DNA of 60,477 nt, the filler included, from Hausera hauseri (Eukaryota): the NCBI GenBank assembly GCA_046269625.1. It is 11 parts of 11 records of this genome, joined end to end, with 100 filler letters (N's around TTAATTAATTAA, not from the genome) between each part and the next. Parts side by side here need not be neighbours in the genome. Positions count along the whole stretch, not along the records: positions 47,695 to 51,675 come from JBJURY010841857.1; positions 51,776 to 60,477 come from JBJURY010566561.1; 9 more parts are not named here. One strand, 5' to 3'. Below the pieces are notes generated by a model. It saw nothing but the letters and a program-made list of their open reading frames with translations. It ran no database searches and was not told the DNA's origin. Below, in pieces: positions 49,641-60,477 of the stretch. The position numbers and the translations under genes were made by a program. The first letter of the stretch is position 1. Each line of letters opens with the position of its first letter.

Positions 49641-52600
49641 AAACAATGAAAAATAAAACATCACCGAGCCATACGTCGGAGGGGTTGTCAATTGCGCTTG
49701 GTAATATTGGGAAAGGCACCAAGCATATAGACGTTTGAAGAACTGCCAAAGTCGGCTGCTTGGGGGCCTCCGTACACAAGTAAACGGTTTTCTTGTAGGT
49801 TTGGGGAACCAGTTCCACGCCTACTGTAAATTAACACACAGACAGAAGCCATGGGGGATTTGGGGAGATCAGGTGTGGTAGCATTTTTCGGGGATGAGCG
49901 GTCGCACTTGGTCAGTGGCTCGAACCTGTCCGTCCACCTTGACCTCCCAAGTTCAGTGTATGGATCCCAGTAGCCATCTCCTAGTAACAGTCTCGACCGA
50001 CTGGCTAAACTACACTGAGCGCCCTGGCTCATGTTTGTGTGTCTGTGGTTTCCCACAGGCCTCAGACAGCGTGACTGCAAGACCATTCCTCATTCAGCAC
50101 TCTTAGTGAAGGCACCAGGGTGCATGACGTGACGATCCCTTTGATAGAGCACATGATTTCCCAGAACAAACATGGTTATATCCAGGATACAGCGGTCATC
50201 GGATGGCGGGGAATGCACAATGGTGAGCCCACTGGGTCTGTAGCTCCTGGAATGTGGGATGACTAACAGTAGGAAGGGGTTGAAATCGGGGACACACCAG
50301 CAGAAGCAATTTGGAGCTAGCAAAGGAAAATAAAATACTCCCCAGTGATTAGTGGTACAATGCCCACCATGCCCTGCACAAACTGCATGGGATAGAGGAT
50401 AACTACCGCCCCCTCCCCCACCCGACTATATTTATGCCCTACCATTTGTTCAAAAAAAAAACGAGCTCGAGACCCACAGACTACAGCAGGATGCAGACAT
50501 TGTACACACCAAAATGAGACAGTGAAGCACCACCTGCTGTCTTGCTCCACACTCCAGGAGCTGAGACAGACTCTACTACCTGACAACCCAAACATAGACA
50601 GTGCCTTATATGACAGACCACAGCAGTTTATTATAACTGCGCAGTACCACATACTGGCATCAAAGTCAACAAGAGCTGACACCTGATGACTGTGAATCAA
50701 AGATAAGACAAGAAAGAAGCCGTACCGAAAAGGGATGTATATTTCACAATAATCATCAGGTACCAAGCCATGCAGCGTAGGCTGCCTTAGATCACCATAT
50801 CTAGCGCTTTTATCATGTCTCCAATCATTTCAACCATTGATCGTTTTTCGATCCACCTTGTCACTTCACTTTCATAATATGCGCCTCCACGTTGTTCATG
50901 GATCTATATTTAGTATCATAATTAGGCCAACACCAGAAACAAACTGTTTTCAAATTTCTTGTACGAAACAGCTATTTAAGTTTAATTTCTCTCAACACTT
51001 GCATAAATTCGCCATTCTGGGTTGGCGTTTATCAGACATCGTGACAATATTTCACGTAATGTCACGCTATTTAACGTCTGTGCCACTAGCCTCGCATAAA
51101 ATTATGACAAGGACATTTTGCCACAGAAATAATTGCTTATCTCCTCCATAAAACTTCAGGCACGACAAATTTAATGGTCGTAATATATTACGGTACCGGG
51201 TGTCATTATACGAAGCTTTACATGGAAGAAGTTATGTGGAACCCTAGGGCATTTTTCCTAAGCGAAGAGTTATGAGACAGGCAGAAGTGTGTCCCAAATA
51301 TTTAAAAAATATATTCATATACCCCTGTAATAGTGTGTTGATCGTAGCTCACAAGTTATCCATTTAATTTCATCAGTCGCCTCCCCTTTTGGTTTGTGTT
51401 CACCTGCAGAGCAGAAATCACGCTTTAATGAGTGAATTCTCATAAAAGCCACCGGATACGCTGAGCTTATTAAAAAGACACTGAGCTGTTAAATCGACAC
51501 TGTGAAGGACGGTTGTAAATGTATTTTTAGGCCACAATTTGGTTATGTTAAAACTAGTACCGAAATAGAGATTTATTTTATGAATAACAAAGTTGTGTGT
51601 GGCCAGAACGAAACTGTCGATGTTCTATGTTGTTTAAACCCAGACCATGGAGAACGTATGCTGCAGAATCTTTTGNNNNNNNNNNNNNNNNNNNNNNNNN
51701 NNNNNNNNNNNNNNNNNNNTTAATTAATTAANNNNNNNNNNNNNNNNNNNNNNNNNNNNNNNNNNNNNNNNNNNNTACTGAGATCATTATATGGCATTAC
51801 TTCAGTTTTACTGCCAATAGTTCGTACTTTAAAAGTTTTAGGGTTCTTACCCTTTGCGGTAATTCTGATTATATAGTCATGTTGCGGCCGTAAGGACCTG
51901 CATTCAGTTTCCTGACTATTCTTTCTCAGGATCACAACTTGATTGGTATGCCAGGTGCGACATTCAATTTTAACGTCTCGATTTAACGTTTCTTCTGCAT
52001 AGAATAGAATTCTATCACTCTTGCCAAAATCTTGACTAGTATGTTTCCTGGCATTTCGTCTAAAGTGACGATCGTAGTAGTGAGAGTTGTACTTGGAACT
52101 GTAGATGGTCTTCTCATAGTGGTTGGGAAGGAAAGCTTTTATCTTCCGATTTTTGGACGCTATCCTCTTAAATAAGTGATTTATTCTCCGGGGTACTTAT
52201 TGTACAAGTCGAATTGTAACTGATAATCCTGTCCTGGTTGTATTACACAGCACGTGGTGGATCGGCGTCTGGCCAGGTAACAACATTTCGGGTTAGAAAT
52301 AGAAGCATTCAATGGTATAAATCGGACTGAAATTTGCCTATCTTCGGGCAGTTCCACCTTAGTTTTGATTCGAATACATTGGTTTTTTAAGTCCTTTGAA
52401 ATTCCAATAATCTTATAGTATAAAAGTCTCTTAAACGGGTCAGTGCTTCGGATTATTTTGTCCATCTTGGCATGGTTTGCGTCCTTTCGTTGGGGCATTC
52501 TTATTAAGAGTTCTGTAATTATATAAGCTTGAGCTCCAAACTGATTAGAATAAAACATTTAAAATCTGTACCCGTAGGCTTGTCCAAAATCTAAATCACA

Positions 52601-52999
52601 ACATCTTTTGTAATGTCCGTACGGAAAATCGCATGTCCTTATCGTGGATCTAGTTACAAATATTATTTGAAATTTCACATAACTCTGAATGGGTTCACTT
52701 GTTTCAAACCACGCACATCGTTTATTCCATTCCATATCGTATATTCTAAATGGCTGTAAGTTTTGGATATCTCTTCGTCTTTCCGCATATTGTAATTTTT
52801 CAGCTTGATTTATCGATTTCACCTTCGATATATACGAAGCGATTAACGGTAAGGCCAAGACTATTTGCACATAAGATATTGGTCTAGTCACTATTGATGA
52901 TGTTTTTGTTTCTTTATTTGTTTTGCACGAACGCAAATTATAGCGTTTGTATGGTCTTAGTTCCGTTTTAACTACTCTCCGAATTGATATTACCTCTTC

Positions 53000-55900
53000 C
53001 TTACCGTTTTTATTTCTATAAACTGTAGTTGGCATAATCTTGGTAACTTCACAAGATCTTCTACCTGTCCTGGTAAGCTTAAGAGATGTGCCTTTCTTTG
53101 ATACTGGATAGTGTACGTAAACCCAGTTTCCGGGTTCTAGATCGTGTGGTTTAGCCTTCTTATCGTATTGCTTCTTGAATTGTTCCTGGTATTCTTTGGA
53201 TAATTCCTTGGCTATTTCCCAACACTTTTGTAACCTCGATTATAATACTTGAACAAAATTCTGCTCTAGATCTTCCGTTTTTGTTGTGAGGGAATTAATC
53301 CTAAATCTGTAGGCAGGACAGCTTCTCTACCATACATCATAAAAAACGGAGTGAATCCTGTTGCAGGATGTGAAGTCGTATTAATGGCAAACTGTGTACC
53401 TTCTAAGAACTCATCCCAATCTTTCTGGTCTTTTGCGACTACTGTCGATAAGATTCGTATAACTGTCGCGTTCATTCGTTCGACCATTCCGATACATTGT
53501 GGATGATAAGCTATGGTAGTTAGTCGTTCGATCTCAAAAAGTTTGGTAATTTTGTTGAACAATTCGCTCGTAAAGTTCCTTCCTCGGTCAGTCAAAATTT
53601 GTTTGGGTGTCCCGTATCTTCAAATTATCTTCCGGACTACTAATTCTGCCAAGGTCTCGGCCTTTTGGTCTACTAACGTTATAAGCTCAACAAAGTGAGT
53701 TAATCTATCTACTCAAGTCAAAATATATTTATTGTTTTTGTGGATCGTAGGTAATGGTCCTAGAATATCCATAGACATTGCTTGCATTGGTCTATCGGGC
53801 ACGTTGATAGGCTTAAGCTCGCCGGCGTAGTTTTCACTTTCCTTTGTTTGGTTGCGCATACATCGCAAGCGTTCACCCAATTTCTCACATCGATATAAAT
53901 GCTCGGCCAATAGTACTTTTTTAATATCCTTTCCCATGTCTTTTTCCACGACATGTGTCCGGCTAAGTATAAATTATGTTCGGCCACGAGTACTTCTGTA
54001 CGCAATCCTTTTGGTATTATACTACCAATTTTCGTTCCTTTCGTTCGTAGTATAACACGTTTTCGTGGTTCAAATCTCCAACAACGCAGTATTTGCGACC
54101 ATATCGTCGTAGGTGTTTTCGCAGCTGATGACTCTTGAGTGTTACATTGGTGTAAACGAACTCGATAATCTGTTGTATAACCTTATCTTTTCTTTGTTCA
54201 ACAGCAATCTCCAATGCCTTATCCAGTGTGAGAGTTCGTTGTCTCTCTACCAAATCTTCAAGTTCGGCTTTCCTTATTATCATAACTGCGCTGGTTTTGG
54301 TTTTAAGTCTCGATAGTGCGTCGACGTCGACATGTTTATTTCCTGGTTTGTATTGGAATTCAATATTGTAACGTGAGATCTCTTCGATCCATCTGTTAAG
54401 TCTATAGGTAGGATTATTTGCTCTACCCTTCGAAGTCGTAACTGCCTTATGATCAGTAACGATTACGAACTTCTGTCCGTATAAGTATAGGTTAAAATGT
54501 CGCAGGGTTTCTTTCACCGCTAGCGTTTCTAACTCCGTGACGGAATAGATCTTCTCTGCTTTCTTCAAAGAGCGTCCTCCATATGCAATCTGGTGTTCTA
54601 GATCCTCATCCTCTCGTTTTTGAGCTAATTCATATCCGATGCCTTCCTTACTGGCGTCTGTTTTGATTATGAACGATAGATTAAAGTCAGTATATCTTAA
54701 AACAGGTTCACTAATCAGAATTTTCTTCATTTCATCTAAAGCCTTTTGTTCGACGTCGGTCCATTTCCATTTGATCCCCTATTTTAGGAAGCGACATAAC
54801 GATACCTTTATCTTCGCGTTATCTGGTACGTAGGTGGCGTAATACCCACATAACCCTAACCAGTGTCTTAATTCTTTTTGATTCTGAGGTTCCATGCAAT
54901 CTTGTATCTTGCATAGTAATGATTTTTCAGGCTTCGACCCTCCTTCTACAACTATGTGTCCAAGGTACGACACAGCATTCTGAGCCCATTTGCATTTCTT
55001 GGGATTCAGCTTTAGTCCAACTTGTTCCAGCCTCATGAGCGTACCTTCAATGTCCTTTAAGTGATCCGCTTCCGTCTCTGACGCAATCATGACGTAATCC
55101 AAGTAAGAGAACGCGTGTTCCAGTCCCATAAACATTTAGTTCACCATGCGGGTGAAGATGGCTGGTCCGGTGGTTATCCCGAATGGCATTACGTCGAATT
55201 CGTATAAGCCGTCGTGTGTCTTAAATGCCGTCTTATATCGGTTTTCCTCCTCTATCTCTACTTGCCATTTAGCTCCAGAGAGTCTGTCCAAGGCTTCCTT
55301 TACCGATGGTAACGGAAAAAATTCTTTCATCATATGTGTGTTTAGCGCTCCATAGTCAATACTAAATCGGTGCTTAGTAGTACCTTTCTTCTTAACCATA
55401 ATTATAGGCGAGTACCAAGATCTATAGCTTGGCCTTATTATGCCGGCTTTTAACATTCGTTCAACCTCTTTGATTATCTGTGGTCTTAGTGAGTGTGGAG
55501 GAGGGTACCATTTCGGCATCCTTTGATTTTCCAAATCTATTTCGTCGTTCGATAAAGGCTTTTTCTTAAGTGGAATCGTGAGTCTTAAAATCTTGGCTCG
55601 GCCAATATCTTCTTCATCTTTCGCCATAATTGAGCTATAACGACAAAGTAAGTCGTAAAATCGGCAGTACGATTCCGGTGAGAATTTAGTCTCAACGTAA
55701 GGTGGGATTTCGACACCCTTATAAATTTTCTTTTCTATAGTAATTGGAGATATTCTATACGTGTGTCCCAAAGTGGTATTGGCGTACAGTTTGGTCGGAG
55801 TTGGTGCATTATTCGTTATTCTGTTTGGTACGTGGCCTGTTGATAATCTTGTCAAAATATTGCTGAGTACAAGGTTTGGATTAAGTAATTCTTTCGGCTC

Positions 55901-56400
55901 GAAATATACTGGCTGATCGTCATCTTGATGTATTTGGGTATATATGAGTACTTCCGTTCTGGGCGGTATGTTTTTATCTACTGGGATCCACACTTCTCCG
56001 AACTTCCTTTCTTTAATGGTTTTAATACCTTTTATTGGGCCAAGTTCTATCAACATGCCTGCATTGAAATCGATTGCTATATTGGGTAGTTATCTCAATA
56101 AGTAGTATCCTAATACCATATCATCCGTTAACCGCTCCATTACTGAAAATTCCTGGTGAAAAGATTGTCCCATTATGTGAATCTCTGGTTTCTATCGAAA
56201 TTTACTTTTTGATGATTGTCCGAAGGCTTTCGGTACTTCCTGAATCTGTCGTAGGAGGTGGATACAATTGTCCTCGTAAAAATTTCGGTATTGAATCGTA
56301 TTTTGTCAATGATATTTCGGATCCTGTGTCTATCAGCGCATATACTTCCCAATCTTGTAATTGAATTTTTGCAAAGGGTGTTCCTTCAATTATTGTACAG
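53000..56400 (-). pseudogene. pol: pol (PR-RT-RH-IN), copy B
   Basis: Gypsy domain order. RT has an 11-codon deletion removing the LDL catalytic motif, and YLDD is changed to YLDY. Confidence 0.93.
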
Positions 56401-57089
56401 TAATAGTTTGGTGCCACATGACGGCGTCGGATCGTGGATATTTTGTAACCATTAATGGTGACTTCTGTGGTTTCGACTGGCTTGTCAATCAGCTGCCTTA
56501 ATTCTTCGATTAGGTATAGTTCATTAGTCGCGCCACTCGTGTTTTCTGCTCTTTGGTTTCTAACCGGCGACTGAACATCTTGGTTTCGGAGATTTCGTGC
56601 CTCACAGCTTCGAGTAAATGTCGATTGCGTTTCGTTTGGCTTAGTTATTCTAGGTGAGTAAATTATACCGTGGTAGTCGACTGCGGATCGAAGGGGTGGA
56701 GCCGAGGTCTCCTCCGTTTCGTGGATCTTGCGCAATATCCCATAGCGTTTTGTTTCTTCGTAAGGATCCTCTAAACTAAATAACTTTCAATAGATGTCTG
56801 TCTGGCACGAGCTCGTAGATTGTTTCTCGCAGTCGTCATATATAGTTGCTGTTGGCGGCAATATTGATAGTGGTAGTTTCGTAACAGAGTAATTTTTGTG
56901 CCTACTCGGCCTGAGGATGACGGCTCCCCCTTAAACTCGTCATCATCGGAATTTTTTTTATCGTGTTTTACTGACTATGAATTTTTGCCTATAATTGAAT
57001 AGATGTCTTTTACTTTTTCGGTTATGGTAGCCAACATGTCGCTCCACATCTCTTTTCCATCTACTTTCTTCATAAGCCTTTAAGAATTT

Positions 57090-58890
57090 GCCGAATGGTG
57101 TAATAACAGCCGTTAAAATTTTGCACGAAAACCCTATCAAGGTGAATATCTCGTATCCATTTATGACTGCTTGAATTATAGCTTTTACTAGTTAAATTAA
57201 GAAGTATATTGCTAAAAATCTTGATGCGGCTTGTCCGAATATTAGGAATCTTCCCCAGATTTTATATAATATTTCCGTAGTTACCTTTCTATCATAGCCA
57301 ACACTAAGTAATGACTTCCATTTTGCCTGAGAGCAAGAGTCCTCTAGTACTGTATGCATCGCTCTGTTTAATTCATGTGTACGTTGGGGGGGACAAACAA
57401 GAAATTGTTTAAACGCCTCTACTTCTTTTGGTCGGTAAATACCTTTTGTGGCTGTATCCTAAAATTTATCATCGGTTATTCCTTTTATCAGGTTTGTTCC
57501 TGTCAGATTGGTAGGTGGTGCGATAATACCACCGTTCGGTAGACTTACCCAGTCGGTCTCGCTACGTCTGAACATCGACTCTCCTAAGCTAGTTTTACAG
57601 TCTCTCAAAATTGTCGGTTGAGTGGCATTTGCCAACAACACTGTGGTAATCGGTGTTACTAATCTCGTACGTCCTGATATATCACTTGGAGTTCTTGTAT
57701 ACACCTTTTCTCTTTTACATTAATCGGCACGTCTTTCTTTTCACATTCATAGGTCAATAAGACCTCTCGAGTTACTCGTCCAAAAACGCCCTTCTTTATT
57801 GGAATTACTGATGATGCCAACTCCGGATTGGCATATATCAGGGACAGCTTAATTGTCATGATTTCCAAGTTTAATTTACAGTCATTTGTTATCATTTTGT
57901 GGTACAACTCGGCAATTCCGGCTTGTCCTTTATAGTAAAAATAGTCGTCTCTGTTCTTCAAGTAGTCTTCAATCCGGATGTCCTGAGTCTAGAGTTTGAA
58001 CGTTCTGGCGTTTATTTCTGTCGCGGCTACAAAAAATGCTTCATGGTTGGTGGCATACATTACGACGTCGCATCTGGTGAGCACAGATTTCTTTACGTTT
58101 TAATCCATGAGTATAAGAAATCAGTATCGTAGGCGTAGATGTTTAGGCTACATCTTCTAGTATTTTAGAATTAGTTTCCATTCTACATATTTATCGCTTT
58201 CATGTCTTCTCGTTGAATTTAGGTTCTTTGATTCTGATAAAATTGCAATCGGTCTTGCTGGCGGTTCCCAAATTACCACGGAACCTCGAAACGGGCATGT
58301 GCCATCTTAAATGTATCACTTGTGGTTCTCGGTGTAAAGTTTGGTAACGCTATGAAACAACACTTTCTGTATACGCATTTATGTTTCGTAAAAATCCACT
58401 ACTACGATGTTTGACTCTAACCCCTATACGGTATCGTATTCCGCACCGCAACAATGTCGGGTGTGCATATATAGTCTTCCTGCTGGCACTTTATTCACTC
58501 TGATTATTTTCCCTTGCTGCATTTCCATCTCCATACAATCTCATTTTATTCGCCCCGTTTTTCTAGCTTGCTTACAATGCTGTCGCTCTAAATTCATCGG
58601 AATTAGTGGGGTTGTTGGCTTAATTATTGACGTGTGTCCATGTACCAATCCACAATGGAAAATGCTGCGAGATCGCCGCAAAATACATTCTACTCCATTC
58701 AAGGTAAGTAGTTCGCGTTGCTGATATAATATATAACTTTTCGCTTTTGTCTTTAGTGTGTGGGGCCTCGCGTCATCGCACATTTCCAAGTCCATTAACG
58801 AATATTTTCGGCCAAGTCTGATTTTGTCACAATCATATACTGTGACTGCACCCATAAACATCATCATTGTCAAAAAATTGATTAGCCAGT
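57090..58890 (-). pseudogene. Chuvirus-like glycoprotein, copy B
   Basis: AVTVYDC..YSLMDLEMC..RSIFHCGLVHGHTSII; LYHKMITNDC; EVLLTYEC; IWGRFLIFGQ. Confidence 0.8.
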
Positions 58891-60477
58891 TCGATTCATT
58901 TCCTCTGCGATTTCCGGTTACATTTCATAGCAGATCTCCGAATCTATTGTTATCGAAGAAGAATCCACTCTGATGCTCTTCTTCTTTCTCCAATACCTTA
59001 GACCAGTCCACTTCTCGAGGCATTTTCCTGGTAACCTATCTTGTCAAACTAGTAGCTTTGCTAATTTCATTTTCTCGGTTCGGGTTGGTTTTGATGGCTA
59101 GATATAGCAACGCTTTTCTTAATTCTTCTATGGTATTTTCTACCATAATCTTCTCGATTATCGTTTCATTGCTTAAGGTACTTCTGGATAATTTATATCG
59201 AAGGTTTTTCATAGCCTTTGCGGAGTTAACTATGGCCTTCTCCTTCTCATCTACTACATCACAGCCGAGATTAGAGTGGTTCACTACTCGTATCAAAATT
59301 TTCATAAGTTCGTTCAGTTCCTCATTATCCGCATTAAAGGTTGGTATAGACATTTGTTTGAACTTCCTGATTAAATCTCCATTATAGTCGATTTCTTCCC
59401 GCGTTTTTCGTGGTCTACCGACAGGACGCTTCCGTTTTGTTACAGTAGGTATATTTCCATTGATCGACACTAATTTTTTATTGTATTGCTCATTATATTC
59501 ATCTGTCTGCAGGTACTCAAAATATACTGATGCATCTCGGACTCCTATTATTTGTCCTACCTGCTGTTCTGCTTTAGCCTTCCTTATAGCCTCTACCTTT
59601 GTTTCGTCGATAGCAGTGAATATCACTAACCAGTTTATTTCGTCTGGAATAATTCCAACCTCTATCAACAACTCTGACTCGTCTAGTATCCTTCCTCTAA
59701 AATAAAGTCTATATCTCAGCTCATGGACGTATCCATTTTCCTTCATCCACAGTAATACATCCTTGACAATGGAGCGCATAGTAAACTCTTGTTCTCTCTC
59801 GTCCATCTAGTCTGATACTATATTTACTGAAATCATTTCCTCTGCCTTTGCCTTTAAGATTTTAGCATATTCCTTAAGTAAAAGCTTAGATACTGTACTA
59901 GAAATCGTACCTTTGCTAGCTAACTTAGTTACGGTAGGAACTAAATGTCTCAATTGAATTTCAGTAAGGTTCACTTCAGTTAATTGAATTAAATCTTTCT
60001 CGGTTTGTACCGGGTCCAGGAGCATTTCTACGTTGAACCTTTGGTCTGGAGAGTATATCTCCATTTCCTCCAATCGTATTGGGGTTTTCGGATTCTCGGC
60101 AGTCATTGCGTCTAAATAGGCTTCCCAATCTGGTTCATTTTCATTATCCGGCAGTTGATAGCTCCTCGACGGTGTATTAGTTGACCTGTCTACACCTGCG
60201 GTCCACGTAGTTTTTCTGAGTTTTTGTAGTTTTTGTTGTATTTGGACCATTTTCGTCGTTCGGAAATATCGTCCATTAGCAGACGTTCGGTGGAGCAGTG
60301 TTAACAACGAACATAATTCTTCGGGTGAAATTAATCCATTTTCTTGATATTTCGTTAGTTTAGACGTGACATCTCTTTGCCATCTTTAAACGAATTGTGA
60401 CCTGTCAAGTTTTTCTGCTTCTGTAAGAGCGTATTTGTTTTTATAAACTTCGAGTTCTTTAGCTAGTTCGTCTAATC

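Larger units (their letters stand above)
51776..60477 (-). mobile_element. Decayed Ty3/gypsy element, copy B: Ubl, AT-hook, chuvirus-like GP, PR, RT, RNase H, IN, signal, FN3-like repeats (both ends missing)
   Basis: Collinear with copy A. Also has TDASKEGIG RNase H, the GH..YYW..CDVC zinc finger, MDILGPLP, TDRGRNF and AYHPQ of IN, and in-frame continuation past IN. Confidence 0.93.

Noticed and set aside
50090-50770. Possible LINE endonuclease remnant (VPDFN, CILDITM) on the minus strand
   Set aside because: Motifs too degenerate to support a call without a search.

Overview
This window is not one locus. It is 11 eukaryotic contigs joined by artificial N44-TTAATTAATTAA-N44 spacers (1-5206, 5307-10496, 10597-16732, 16833-22319, 22420-28985, 29086-33647, 33748-37873, 37974-41922, 42023-47594, 47695-51675, 51776-60477). 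The DNA is AT-rich, animal-like (ACE, axonemal dynein, short introns) and dominated by decayed mobile elements. Main result: contigs 1, 9 and 11 outline an unusual Ty3/gypsy lineage that appears to encode one giant polyprotein. Its order is ubiquitin-like domain, AT-hook, internal signal, chuvirus-type fusion glycoprotein, TM, PR, RT, RNase H, IN, second signal, FN3-like ectodomain, TM, degenerate DEDDh exonuclease, then PPT/LTR. So env lies upstream of, and in frame with, pol. A second gypsy lineage (CsRn1-like, contigs 2 and 7) has a ubiquitin-like domain ending in RGG fused to the Gag N-terminus, and is preceded by intronless mosaics of host gene fragments (PRP8, SMC4-like, NAA15; dynein). 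Also present: two families of Polinton-type protein-primed PolB, an intact 5-AT-hook gene, pseudogenes (NDUFAF7, ACE, AAA ATPase), a contig with an exact 77-bp terminal overlap, a 440-bp foldback, SINE/LINE remnants and minisatellites. All homology calls are by-eye motif recognition; no searches were run.
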